NCBI GenBank assembly: GCA_910577665.1
Contig: CAJTOJ010000007.1
Coordinates: 60,158-124,157 of the forward strand
Reading direction: 5' to 3'
Length of the DNA stretch: 64,000 nt
From: an uncultured Acetatifactor sp.
GTDB taxonomy: Bacteria > Bacillota > Clostridia > Lachnospirales > Lachnospiraceae
The notes beneath the pieces were generated by a model, which had not been told where the DNA came from, made no database searches, and saw only the letters and a program-made list of their open reading frames with translations. Made by a program: the position numbers and the translations under genes. Shown here piece after piece: positions 30,036-40,463 of this stretch (position 1 is its first letter; each line of letters starts with the position of its first letter).

Positions 30036-31862
30036 CTAGAAATGCACCACGATACATTCCCCCATATCCACGATGGATCCCGCCTGCGGGAACCGGGGCA
30101 GCTCAAGGGAATATACCTCCAGGTCATAGTATCTCTCCTGCTTTGTGTAGGGAACCAGTTCATACCCATGCATGGCAAAAAAACGTACCAGTTCTGAGTC
30201 ATCCCCGAAAGCATACCGCCCCCACTCAATCACAGACAGCGCCGGTGTCTGGGCCACCCACACCCCATACTCCCGGTAAAACTTTTCCAGCAGATGCTCA
30301 TCTATGGGTTGTGTAAGCCGATTCATCTGATGAAATGTTTCTGTGCCATACCCCACATAGGCATCCGCTATGATGCTCTTTGGAACCTGGTAATTTCCTG
30401 TGAAAACCACGGGTTTGGAAGTATCAAAGTCTTTTCCCAGTTCATATGCCACCTGCCTCATGGTATCCTTGGCAGATTCGTATTTCAAATAGTCTACATA
30501 GAACCATTTATTCATGTCAAAGCACTGGTTCCAGAGAATGACCGCAAGGATCAATATCACCATTCTCTGAATCCATTTGTGCAGGATCTTCCCAGTCACC
30601 TGTAGGCCAATACTGTCAGATCGCTTCTTGCCTGTAGACTTCCCGCCTTCCACAGCAGCCGCCCCCTGCACCTGTCCCCTGGAAACCTCTTTTCCCTTCC
30701 CACTCCTGCCTATAGCAAACGATGCCAGAAAAGCCCCGTATCCGCATATCACTGGCAGAAACTGCGCCGACCGGTATAGTGTAGCCTTTCCCTCCACCAC
30801 CACCAACAGAAATGACACCAGGAATCCTCCCAAAGTCAGCAAAATGATCCAGCCATCCTTCTGGTGCAGGCTTCTGTATATCCCGTAAGAAAAGAGAACT
30901 GCTGCTGCCAGCAGGAACACAAAAATGGGATAATAGGCATAGGCAAACACCCCATACATCACATAGATCCGCTTCAGCACCATGGCAAATTCCGACAAGG
31001 CCCCCGGCTCCAGCATCCAGGAAGCCATCTCTGTCACAGAGCGCTGCACTGCCTCCTCCTGCATGCCCCCTAGACCGAAAATACCTGTAACTGCCTGGAT
31101 CATCGCACTTCGCAGCACAATGGCCGTCACTGCCACCACTGCCCCTGCACATAAAGCCGGTAACACTTTTCTGCGCATCCCTGCATACCGCTCTGACAAC
31201 AGAACCAGACATACCCCCAGAAGCCATACCACCATAAAAGACTCATAACAACCTAGGGCCATCCACAGAAAGCACACACAGCCAAGTCCCTTCCAGAACC
31301 TTTTTGCCCCTGGCACCTTCCCTGATCCCAGCCATTTTTTCTTCCCCTGCTGCTCTGTTGCTTCTGACTGCCCGCATCCTTCCGGCCCCTTCTCTCCCGA
31401 CAGCATTTCCCTGTAAAAGCACAAGCTCACTCCCACAAGCAGATACCCTGTCGAGACTCCATTGTGCAGATAATAGGGATACACTTCACTGATCAAAGGG
31501 CAGGAGAAGAAGATGCATGCAAAAAACAGGTATCCCCACCCAGGTACCTTATCCTTGAAGATGGAATAGAGAAGAACCGCCCACACCGTCACAGCCCCCA
31601 TGAAGACCAGGACACCGGCCAGATCCGTGAGAAAAGGCGAAAAGTCAGATATGTGACATATTTTATTCAGCAGGAAGAGAAACCATCTTCCAACAATGGC
31701 ATTCAGCCCCTCCTCAAAATAATAAGCATACGGGGTGTCATCGATTCCCACTGTCTGGTGGGTGATGAGAAAACCGTAGCCAAAAAGCGCCGTCAGACTT
31801 AAAGACAACATGTATATTTTATTTTTGATAAAAGCTGCCGTGTATTCTTTCCATTGCCGCAT
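30036..31862 (-). CDS. GtrII-family GT-C glycosyltransferase (copy 2)
   Basis: GIDD loop, VGRW, ALGCYES, YRSAQ, C-terminal LPRFP..GSI. Confidence 0.7.
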   Translation of the reverse strand: MRQWKEYTAAFIKNKIYMLSLSLTALFGYGFLITHQTVGIDDTPYAYYFEEGLNAIVGRWFLFLLNKICHISDFSPFLTDLAGVLVFMGAVTVWAVLLYSIFKDKVPGWGYLFFACIFFSCPLISEVYPYYLHNGVSTGYLLVGVSLCFYREMLSGEKGPEGCGQSEATEQQGKKKWLGSGKVPGAKRFWKGLGCVCFLWMALGCYESFMVVWLLGVCLVLLSERYAGMRRKVLPALCAGAVVAVTAIVLRSAMIQAVTGIFGLGGMQEEAVQRSVTEMASWMLEPGALSEFAMVLKRIYVMYGVFAYAYYPIFVFLLAAAVLFSYGIYRSLHQKDGWIILLTLGGFLVSFLLVVVEGKATLYRSAQFLPVICGYGAFLASFAIGRSGKGKEVSRGQVQGAAAVEGGKSTGKKRSDSIGLQVTGKILHKWIQRMVILILAVILWNQCFDMNKWFYVDYLKYESAKDTMRQVAYELGKDFDTSKPVVFTGNYQVPKSIIADAYVGYGTETFHQMNRLTQPIDEHLLEKFYREYGVWVAQTPALSVIEWGRYAFGDDSELVRFFAMHGYELVPYTKQERYYDLEVYSLELPRFPQAGSIVDMGECIVVHF

Positions 31863-31946
31863 GGTCTTTCCTGCCTTTCAGAACATAAATCCATCACTCT
31901 TCTTGTCTGATCGTTCCCCGTATTTACCTTATTTTACCTTTTATGT

Positions 31947-31975
31947 AGTATATCTCCATCCGTCCGCCCACGCAA
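31947..31975 (-). promoter_or_regulatory. Putative sigma-A promoter upstream of GtrII copy 2
   Basis: Minus strand TTGCGT-N17-TATACT, about 85 nt upstream of the ATG. Confidence 0.5.
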
Positions 31976-32058
31976 CCTTTTTATCCTCCAGTCCATTCTG
32001 CACCATTGAATCAGATGTAATCTGGCAGCACCTGGGGATGAAAATGCATCCATGTTGC

Positions 32059-33666
32059 TCACTCCAGATAAAACAAAGAATATCCATTATACGGAATCTC
32101 CACATAACCTTTGGAACGCAACTCATTGGCATATTCATGAAAGGTATCTCTCACAATATAGTAATAGCCCTCCTCAATCTCTCCTAGATGTGAGCAGTGA
32201 TAATAATCCATTACATATAAATCTTGATCAAACAGACACAATTCATATGGAGACCACAGAGTACTCAGTCCCAGATAAACCGGAGGTTCGGCCATCTGGA
32301 CTCCCCTGGCTCCATACTGCGGATGTTCCTCGATAAAATCCAGGGCTTCCGTGGTCAGAATATCAAAATAGGCCATCGGATAATTATCTGTAATGTATCC
32401 CCCGCCATAATAGTATCCGCTGAACCTAATAAAACATGTCACAAAAATAACCGAAATGACAATATATACTATCCTTCTTGCAAACTTTTTCAACCTTACA
32501 AATAGAAATATGCCCTCTATCGACAGTAAAGTGTACGAAAAGAATATGCTATTCACTTGATTTACACATGGATAAATATGACACACGACAAACAATACCG
32601 AAATGAACCAGCAAAAGACGAAAGCGCCCATATATAGATCCCTTCTCCGCAAAGATACAGCCGCCTTCCAAAAAACATGAATCAGCCCCGCAACAGCCAG
32701 CGGGATTGACAGCCAATATAGATTCGGAATTCCTGGTATGGAATTGTGCAGCCAGATATCTCCCACAAAAATATCCTGTAGAGCCACTTTTAAACTTGCA
32801 ATCTGAAATCTTCCAAATTCTGAGACCCGGTAAGAATCCATTCGGGTAATTGTAAAAAAGCCCAGTTTGAAGGATTCCAGTCCGAATATATTCACGAACT
32901 GTTCCAGAATGAGGGGAAAAGCCAATATCCCCATTGGCACCGCCATTATAACCCATCTGCCAAAGGAGAACTTACGAGTCAAAATAGTATAAAACAAGGC
33001 CAGCAGCAGAAAAACAGGCAACATCAAATACGACAAAATATAGGTATAAAGCATGATACCGCCGCTAATTCCCGCGGCTACATACCATATTTTTCGTCCC
33101 GTTCCGATTGCCTTCAAAAAGCAGTACAAAAACAATGCCGCGCCCCCCAGCATAAGGTTACAGTCAAGTCCCAGTCGTCCTGCCATGATATAATATGGTC
33201 CAATCGCCATAAACGCCCCTGCAATATATGGAGCATATTTATGCTCTGGGAAGATTATTTTAGCTATTCCCACTGTAGAACCCAATGCAAGCAAAGAAAA
33301 TAAAACACTGGGAATCCGAATCAACACGACGTGAAATCCAAACAACTTGAAAAGGCCTGCCATCAGATAGGCGTAAAGTACACTTTGCCCTCCGCCAAAA
33401 TTTTTCATATATACAGGCCAGGAATCCAGATATCTGTCCACTCCATATCTGGAAAGGCTCCACGCACTATACGCCATGCTTGCCTCATCATAATGCAGTC
33501 CCAATGGTATCTCTATCAGCTTCCACATCCTGGTAAATCCAAAGACTATCAGAATACCGCCCCATAGTACAAATGGTATGTACCGCTCAAGTCGTTTCCA
33601 CAGTTCCTTCATAGATGCCTCCATCTCATTCAAATCTAAGTATTCTGTTTTGCTAAACCCATTCAT
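32059..33666 (-). CDS. ArnT/PMT-like (GT83/GT39-like) membrane glycosyltransferase
   Basis: GLHYDEA..AY.AW.L..YGVDRY..WP.Y, GGGQS.LYAY; DE motif in the first external loop. Confidence 0.8.
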   Translation of the reverse strand: MNGFSKTEYLDLNEMEASMKELWKRLERYIPFVLWGGILIVFGFTRMWKLIEIPLGLHYDEASMAYSAWSLSRYGVDRYLDSWPVYMKNFGGGQSVLYAYLMAGLFKLFGFHVVLIRIPSVLFSLLALGSTVGIAKIIFPEHKYAPYIAGAFMAIGPYYIMAGRLGLDCNLMLGGAALFLYCFLKAIGTGRKIWYVAAGISGGIMLYTYILSYLMLPVFLLLALFYTILTRKFSFGRWVIMAVPMGILAFPLILEQFVNIFGLESFKLGFFTITRMDSYRVSEFGRFQIASLKVALQDIFVGDIWLHNSIPGIPNLYWLSIPLAVAGLIHVFWKAAVSLRRRDLYMGAFVFCWFISVLFVVCHIYPCVNQVNSIFFSYTLLSIEGIFLFVRLKKFARRIVYIVISVIFVTCFIRFSGYYYGGGYITDNYPMAYFDILTTEALDFIEEHPQYGARGVQMAEPPVYLGLSTLWSPYELCLFDQDLYVMDYYHCSHLGEIEEGYYYIVRDTFHEYANELRSKGYVEIPYNGYSLFYLE

Positions 33667-33667
33667 G

Positions 33668-35218
33668 TTACCTTTCCTGGTAAAACAGGGAATAGCCTAT
33701 AAACTTTACTTCCGTATAACCTCTGCCTCGTAACTCATTGGCATAATCCACATATATATCCCGCACAATATAATTGTACCCATCCTGAATCTCCGGTAAA
33801 CTACCACAAATGTAATAGTCATTATCCAGGATATGGCTATCATACCGAACCTCATATGGCGATGTCAATGTGCTGAGCAAATAAAAGGTGACTGGTTCTG
33901 CCATATAAGTCCCCTGGTTCTGATACTCTGGATGTGCTTCCACATACTCGATTCCTTCTGCTACCAGAATATCAAAATGGGCAAGCGGCGCCGTACTGAT
34001 TGTATATTCCCCCATGTAATAGTAATATCCAAATCTGGCAAAACTGACCAGATATCCCATCAACAACACTACCATAATGCCCCATGCCACCTTTTGCCTG
34101 GTTCGCTTGCACAGAAACCGAATCACTGCTCTCAATCCATATGCAGCAATCGCGATTACAGAATAGTATATCCCCGTAATCCGATATCCGATGGGCTTTA
34201 AGTGGCAGAAGAGAAGAAAAAGGATTAAAAACCAGAAAAAAATATATAACATTCCATTGTGTTCCCGTTTGCGGACACTGTGCCATGTACATACACAAAG
34301 ACTGCACACTCCAATAACAAATAGAGGGATTGTCAAAACATAAAAATTTGAAAATCCCGGAGCCGCCGTATAGGCCAGTTCATTTCCCATAAATAGCATA
34401 CGAAGCATTTCCACTAACCTGGAAAACTGAAACCATGAAAATTCACTCACCCGATACACATCCAGCTTTGTCAAAGTAAAACAGCCCAGTTTCATTTCCG
34501 GCAAATCAAACATATTAATCACCTGGATGATAATCAACGGAAAGGCCAGAATAGCCATTGGTATTGCCATAGCAATCCATCCGCGCAGGGAAAATTTTTT
34601 AACGCGGATCACATAAAACAGGGAAAAGCACAAAAACAAGGGAAGCGCAAAATAGTTCAAGGCATATGTATACAAGAGCAGACCGCCCACAATCCCGGTT
34701 CCGATATAGTACCCAGAAACTCCGCTCTCCACCGCGCTGAAAAAAAAGTATAAGAATATTGTTGAACACCCCAACATCAGATAGCAGTCAATCCCGACCC
34801 TTCCTTGCAGTACAAGGGCCGGACAGATCACCGCAAGAACCCCTGTAGCGATTGCCGGTATATGTTCTTCCGGAAATATTTTATGCATCAGTTTTATGCC
34901 AAATAAAAATGTAAATCCTGAGAATACCACGACCGGCAAGCGAATGAACAAGAACTGGTAGCCAAACAGGCGAAACAGGCCGGCACAGATATAAGCATAT
35001 AATACACTTTGACCACCACCATAGTTCGTCAAGTAAAGCGGCCAGGAATTCAGATACCGATCTACCCCAAATCGGGAAAGGCACCATGCATCATAGGCCA
35101 TACCTGCCTCATCTAAGTGCAATCCAAAAGGAACCATATCAATTCTCCAAAGCCGAGTAACAAGCAAAACACAAAGCATTATTCCCAGTCCTATATAATA
35201 GATATGTTTTTTCTTCAT
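33668..35218 (-). CDS. ArnT/PMT-like membrane glycosyltransferase, tandem paralogue
   Basis: Start MKKKHIY after GGAGG; GLHLDEAGMAYDAW; C-terminus ELR..GY.E....GYSLFY shared with its neighbour. Confidence 0.8.
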   Translation of the reverse strand: MKKKHIYYIGLGIMLCVLLVTRLWRIDMVPFGLHLDEAGMAYDAWCLSRFGVDRYLNSWPLYLTNYGGGQSVLYAYICAGLFRLFGYQFLFIRLPVVVFSGFTFLFGIKLMHKIFPEEHIPAIATGVLAVICPALVLQGRVGIDCYLMLGCSTIFLYFFFSAVESGVSGYYIGTGIVGGLLLYTYALNYFALPLFLCFSLFYVIRVKKFSLRGWIAMAIPMAILAFPLIIIQVINMFDLPEMKLGCFTLTKLDVYRVSEFSWFQFSRLVEMLRMLFMGNELAYTAAPGFSNFYVLTIPLFVIGVCSLCVCTWHSVRKREHNGMLYIFFWFLILFLLFCHLKPIGYRITGIYYSVIAIAAYGLRAVIRFLCKRTRQKVAWGIMVVLLMGYLVSFARFGYYYYMGEYTISTAPLAHFDILVAEGIEYVEAHPEYQNQGTYMAEPVTFYLLSTLTSPYEVRYDSHILDNDYYICGSLPEIQDGYNYIVRDIYVDYANELRGRGYTEVKFIGYSLFYQER

Positions 35219-35263
35219 TTTTACACCTCCATACCCGCCTTTAGCGGGCACTCATTTCAATAT

Positions 35264-35805
35264 CTACTCTTTGATGCCAGGCTGCAGGTCTGGCATGGGA
35301 AGTTTACTTCCAAACTTATCCACCCTTTGTACACTTGTCCGCACTTTTCTAATCAGTAACTCTACCCCATCAATACAACACTTCATTCCTGCTGCCATAC
35401 ACGGAATTGCAATTACAATATATGGATAGGTGTACCTGCTCTGAGCCTCCCAGATCACGCTAAATAAAAAACCTCCAATAAAAACCAGCCCCTGCAAATA
35501 TATTCCCTCACTCTCCTTCTTCAAGAACAAACGGAAAAAATATACCAATAACAGCAAATATACAATAGATTGATAACGGTTTAAGAAATTGTATAAAAAG
35601 TCATGCTCTTCATTATACCAGTAATCAATCACCCATTCCGCAGGTTCTGACATCACACAAGTTGATGAAAAAGCACTATACGAAGGCTCTGCCCATTGGT
35701 TCAGTATCTTACTTTTATAGAACCGAAACATCCCAAAAAGATCATGCAAAGCAAACCAATGAACGCAATGATTGTTAGTCCCACCCTATTTAATCTCTTG
35801 GTCAT
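35264..35805 (-). pseudogene. Internally deleted remnant of a membrane glycosyltransferase paralogous to 48128..49777
   Basis: GGAGG plus ATG 35805 gives a 34-aa TM peptide stopping at 35701. A different frame carries KILNQWAEPSY and GGFLFSVIWEAQSRY, matching KHLSQWADGTY and GGFLFHIIWEANSRY in 48128..49777. Confidence 0.7.
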
Positions 35806-36037
35806 GTTCCTCCTCCATCATCCCACCCATTTTCCCTGTTCATTATTTTATATCATCATCTTTTTCAATATATGTCAAGAGACCAGCTAAGCATTCCTTA
35901 ACTGCTTGAGACACCCGACACAATATGATACAATACATTCAAGCATCTGACAACTGTGCTTCAATCCCAGAATACCAGCATACGCATTGAAGCACAGCCT
36001 TCCAGATAAAATATCCCCGCAAAGGAGCAACTCCCTT

Positions 36038-37453
36038 ATGAGAAAAACACATCTCCCCCACAGATACATCTTGATTTCCGCCATAATGCTCATTTTCCTG
36101 GGCACTGCTGCCATCCTCATCTGGCAGCAAAACCGCACCCCCTCTGCCATGCAGGAAGATTTCTTACGCATAGCCTCCGGGAATTACAATGCTGCCTTTC
36201 TCTCCACATATCCCATAGAGACCTACCAGGAAGAAGACTTTTCCTACTACAGGGGACTCTCCCTCTTCAAGGCCTCTTATTGTATACCAGACATTTCTGT
36301 TCTACAGAATTATATGACAGAACTGACCGCTTCCGATAACAACATTGTCATTGTCTACCTGGGTATGGATCCAGATCTCATATCCCCCCTGGAATTGCAG
36401 GAACTGCTAACCCTGTACCCGTCTGTTCACTTTGAGGTCATCTTGTCCTATCCTTCAGCACGGGACTGGCAGGAACTGTCCCAGGCTGCTTATGAGAAAT
36501 CACTGGAAGCCTACTGTTCTTTCCTTGCTGCCGCTCCTGCCCTTGGCACAAATGTCGCAGTCTATTTCTATGGCACCCAGGAATGGCTGGTCTCCAACCC
36601 TGGCAATTATGATGCCACAACCGGGCAGCTGACCGAGCCAATAGCCCGTACCGTCATGCTCCACAGTGACCGGGATCACAGCTACCAGGTCACTGGAGAC
36701 AACGCTGCCATCCTGGCAGATGAACTGGCTGCCTTTACAGGCAGGTTCCGCAATACCCCTGTGGACTTCCCGGATCTGTCAGATTATTGTTTTGTCTTCT
36801 TTGGGGACAGCATTATCGGCAACTTTACAGACAGCTCCTCCATCCCCGGCGTAGTAAATGGCCTTTCCGGTGCTCTCTCCTACAATCTGGGACAAAATGG
36901 AACATGTGCTTCCCAGCTGGATGCCACCATGCTCTCCCTGCCCCTGGTGACAGACGCATTTTTCCAGGGCAATTTATCTGCCATCCCACAGGATTCCAAT
37001 GTATACCAGGGCCTTGCTTCCTATCTGGAGACCCCGTCAACAGACAGACAGCTTTGTTTTGTTATCAATTATGGTATCAATGACTATTTTGCGGATGCCC
37101 CTATCTCATCGGAAGACCCTTATGATATAGCAACATACTGCGGCGCCATCCGTTCGTCCGTAAGCACCATCCGCGCCAATGTGCCCGATGCCCGTATCCT
37201 GCTGTGTACCCCTACCCCCATCACCCGCAACCAGAATGGGACAGAACCCCAGGGAATTACCGGGAACACCCTGGAAGGTTATGCCAATGCTCTGGCAGGT
37301 CTCTCCCAGGAGCTGGGTACCGAGCTACTGGACAATTACCATGAACTGGATATCACACCCGAAAACGAAACCTGGTTCCTGTCAGACAAGGTTCATCCCA
37401 CCCATGCCTGCCGCTACTTGCTAGGCACCCGGATCCTGGAACTGTTCCGCTAG
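36038..37453 (+). CDS. Membrane-anchored SGNH/GDSL protein with an extra N-terminal domain
   Basis: AAGGAG then ATG 36038; TM; FGDS, NLGQNG, GIND and DKVH intact. Confidence 0.85.
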   Translation: MRKTHLPHRYILISAIMLIFLGTAAILIWQQNRTPSAMQEDFLRIASGNYNAAFLSTYPIETYQEEDFSYYRGLSLFKASYCIPDISVLQNYMTELTASDNNIVIVYLGMDPDLISPLELQELLTLYPSVHFEVILSYPSARDWQELSQAAYEKSLEAYCSFLAAAPALGTNVAVYFYGTQEWLVSNPGNYDATTGQLTEPIARTVMLHSDRDHSYQVTGDNAAILADELAAFTGRFRNTPVDFPDLSDYCFVFFGDSIIGNFTDSSSIPGVVNGLSGALSYNLGQNGTCASQLDATMLSLPLVTDAFFQGNLSAIPQDSNVYQGLASYLETPSTDRQLCFVINYGINDYFADAPISSEDPYDIATYCGAIRSSVSTIRANVPDARILLCTPTPITRNQNGTEPQGITGNTLEGYANALAGLSQELGTELLDNYHELDITPENETWFLSDKVHPTHACRYLLGTRILELFR

Positions 37454-37484
37454 GGAGCAGTCCCAGGACCCGCTGCTGCGCCAG

Positions 37485-39293
37485 TCAATATCTCCCATAC
37501 AACACGGCATCCTGGTCCCTCCACAGTTCCTCATACCCGGCCTCCCCGCACATGCGGTCCATCTCTCCCCCGGATAAGGTAAAGAGATAGCGGCTCCTAA
37601 GTTCCGTGAAATTCTGCAGCAGATAGTCCGACATACAACAGCTGATCCCCATCCCTTCTGGCAGGCCGTAGAGCAACTGCCAGGGGATATTGGTACTTTC
37701 TGTCTCCTGCCCCTTCCGGTCACTGAACACCCATATTACCACATTGCTGTAACCAGGCTTTTCTTCCAAAGTAAGGGATAACACCTCCCCATAAACTTCC
37801 TGCCAGGCCTGCACCTGCTCCTGTTGTTCTGGTTCCACAAAAGGTACCTGGTAATCATAGGGATCCACCGCCATATAGGTGTAAAAATAGGCAAAGGTTA
37901 CTCCCACCAGCACTGCCTTCTTAAAGGCCACGGTCTCCATCAACGCCACAAGGAATATCCCTGCCGCCATAAAGGTCAGCAGGTGCTTGCTGCCCTCCGT
38001 CAGCTTGTACATGAGAAGCAAGGCGAACAGCATGGCCACGAAGCTGAAAGCCAGGTGAACCTCTATGACCAGCCGCTTCCCCAGACTCCGGATCTTATCC
38101 CCTGCACCAGCCGCCCGCCCAGCCACTTCCCCGGCAGATTCCCTGTTTCTGCTGCCCGCTTCTTCTCCTCTGGCCATCTTGTTGCCGGCTTCCCCGCTTC
38201 CCGTTTCCTTGTTGTCGGCTTCTTCCCTTCCGTCTATCTTGTTCCCGGTTTTCTTGTTTTTCTTCCCCGGAACCCGGATCCGTTCCCGTCTCCAGCGGAA
38301 CCAGTCCCTAAGGCTCTGTACACACAGTACACATAACATCACCAGATATCCTGCGAAATACGCCCCGGAAGCCAGGCCGGTGCGGAAGCCCTGGACGGTA
38401 TGTCCGGCGAAATCCCTTCCCATACGGATAAGCTTCCCCAGGGTAAACCGGATCCCTCCGAACACCCCCCTCTCAAAGAAAGCCTCCACCCAGTCCGTGA
38501 AAAACAAGGGTGCAAAATATTCCGCTCCCAGATAATGTTTGATCCCGGCATACATACCAAGCACCAGGACCATCACCAGGCAGGAACCAGCCAGTCCCTT
38601 CCACCCCTTCCGCTTCACCCAGAAACAGGCAGGCAGCAGAAGAAACAACAGCATGTAAGGCCTCATCAAGGTCATGACCCCTGCCAGCACAAACAGCAGC
38701 ACCAGCTTATATGCCTTCTCCTTGTTCAAGTAATTGACTGCCAGACTATAAAATGTGATCAGCATGGAAAAGCAGATCACCTCCGGCATCACTGACAGCA
38801 TATACCGCACAAATGGCGTATAGAGACTAAACAGTAGCGTGAGGATCCCCAACTGCCTCCAGGTGGGTTTCACCAGCCACACAAACAAAAAACAGCAAAG
38901 CATCATCAAGAAAATATTGCAGAGCACCGGGGACATGAGATTCCATCCAAACACCAGCCCCCACAGGATCCAGGGCCATACCAGCACCGGACTCCAGGCT
39001 GCAAAGGACAGCTTCAGTGCATGGCTTTCATTAAAGCCAAAGTACCCGTAAGGGTACCCATACTTCACGATACCTTCCACCTGCTTGTAATAAAACAATT
39101 CGTCATTCCATTCCGAACCTGGTAGATATACCTGCCCGATGGTCTTCCCCTGGGAAGCACAGTACACCACACAACACACCAAAGGAAGCAGGGCCAGAAG
39201 TAGCGCTTTTATCATTGTCACATACCGCCTGTCCCGCTTCCACCAGGCCACACACCTGCCTCCAAAGTGTCCCATTGCCATTCTCCCTTCCAT
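37485..39293 (-). CDS. Polytopic membrane protein, putative GT-C
   Basis: WNDE..YY acidic loop after TM1, about 11 TMs, C-terminal external domain, charged repetitive insertion. Confidence 0.65.
   Translation of the reverse strand: MEGRMAMGHFGGRCVAWWKRDRRYVTMIKALLLALLPLVCCVVYCASQGKTIGQVYLPGSEWNDELFYYKQVEGIVKYGYPYGYFGFNESHALKLSFAAWSPVLVWPWILWGLVFGWNLMSPVLCNIFLMMLCCFLFVWLVKPTWRQLGILTLLFSLYTPFVRYMLSVMPEVICFSMLITFYSLAVNYLNKEKAYKLVLLFVLAGVMTLMRPYMLLFLLLPACFWVKRKGWKGLAGSCLVMVLVLGMYAGIKHYLGAEYFAPLFFTDWVEAFFERGVFGGIRFTLGKLIRMGRDFAGHTVQGFRTGLASGAYFAGYLVMLCVLCVQSLRDWFRWRRERIRVPGKKNKKTGNKIDGREEADNKETGSGEAGNKMARGEEAGSRNRESAGEVAGRAAGAGDKIRSLGKRLVIEVHLAFSFVAMLFALLLMYKLTEGSKHLLTFMAAGIFLVALMETVAFKKAVLVGVTFAYFYTYMAVDPYDYQVPFVEPEQQEQVQAWQEVYGEVLSLTLEEKPGYSNVVIWVFSDRKGQETESTNIPWQLLYGLPEGMGISCCMSDYLLQNFTELRSRYLFTLSGGEMDRMCGEAGYEELWRDQDAVLYGRY
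38141..38260. repeat. Imperfect 30-bp tandem repeat (x4) inside the CDS
   Basis: Core close to cttgttgccggcttc recurs at 38148, 38178, 38208 and 38238; encodes KTGNK, EADNK, EAGNK and EAGSR at 10-aa spacing. Confidence 0.65.
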
Positions 39294-39431
39294 ACGACAG
39301 CGCGCCCTGCCTGTCCGCCAGTTCCTGCCAGGTGCCAGCCTGCGGATCCTATGCCTCAGCCGGATTGCCCCTGTCCTTCCGCTATCCGATGATCTTTATC
39401 CCCAGGTTCTTCTCCCTGCCCGTCAATTCTC

Positions 39432-40421
39432 TCATGTTCCGCCAGCTTCCCCGGATTCTCCTGCCTGAAAAGCCTTATCCGCAGTTTCTGCCTGCCTCCC
39501 GCCTATCCTCTCCCGGATCACATACTGGGGAGAATTGTTCATGCTGATATAAATCCGCCCAATATACTCCCCGATCAGTCCCAGCATCAGCATGATCATG
39601 CCTCCGAATATCACAATGGCAGACATAATGGCAGAAAATCCCATGGGCACATCCGGCAGAACCAGCCGTTTCACAATGGTATAGATTCCATACAGGAACC
39701 CGGCAAAGGCACTGAAGGCTCCCAACGCCGTTGCCACCCGCAGGGGCTTCACGGAAAAAGCCGTAAATCCGTTAAACCACAGTCCCAGCAGCTTTTTTAT
39801 GGTATAGCCGCTTCTGCCCTCCTCCCGCTCCCTGTGGTTTACCACCACATTGGTAATATTCCTGGTGGCACGCAGTACCAGGCCGATCACGTACGGGTAA
39901 GAATTCTCATATCGGATCATGTCCTCCACCACAAAACGCTTCACTGCAAAATAGCTGGACACATACAGGTCTGCCGGCTTCCCCAGCATAGTCCTGGTCA
40001 TCCGCTCATTGACCCTGCTGCCGAAATTGCGGAATGCAGAATGCTGCTTATGCTCATATTTCGCATATACTGCATCATACCCTTCCTCCAGCCTGTCAAG
40101 CAGCTTGTCCACCTCGTCCGCCGGTGTCTGCCCATCGTCATCCAGGCACACCACATAGTCCCCGTCCGAATGTCGCAGTCCTGCCATCAACGCCGCATGC
40201 TGCCCAAAATTCCTGGCAAACCCGATTCCCACGATATTCCCATGTTCCTGGCAAAGCCTGCGGATCACAGACATGGTACCGTCCGGAGAACAGTCATTGA
40301 CCAGGATAATCTCATAAGAATATTGTGCCAGGGTCTTCATTTTTCCTTCGATTTCCGCCACCACATGGGGCAGCGTATGCTCCGAACGGTAGCATGGTAT
40401 CACAAAACTTATCTTTTTCAT
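39432..40421 (-). CDS. GT2 ArnC/GtrB-like polyprenol-phosphate glycosyltransferase
   Basis: MKKISFVIPCY, RNFGQH.A, LDDDGQTP, two TMs, GEYIGRIY. Confidence 0.9.
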   Translation of the reverse strand: MKKISFVIPCYRSEHTLPHVVAEIEGKMKTLAQYSYEIILVNDCSPDGTMSVIRRLCQEHGNIVGIGFARNFGQHAALMAGLRHSDGDYVVCLDDDGQTPADEVDKLLDRLEEGYDAVYAKYEHKQHSAFRNFGSRVNERMTRTMLGKPADLYVSSYFAVKRFVVEDMIRYENSYPYVIGLVLRATRNITNVVVNHREREEGRSGYTIKKLLGLWFNGFTAFSVKPLRVATALGAFSAFAGFLYGIYTIVKRLVLPDVPMGFSAIMSAIVIFGGMIMLMLGLIGEYIGRIYISMNNSPQYVIRERIGGRQAETADKAFQAGESGEAGGT

Positions 40422-40463
40422 ATCTCTACACCTTCTTGCACCGTACCAATCCATCTCTGAAAC

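Noticed and set aside
35841..35880. Minus-strand promoter with a perfect TTGACA
   Set aside because: No good -10 at 16-18 bp spacing; plausible but not supportable.
38141..38260. CRISPR-like periodicity
   Set aside because: In-frame degenerate coding repeat without unique spacers; no cas genes.
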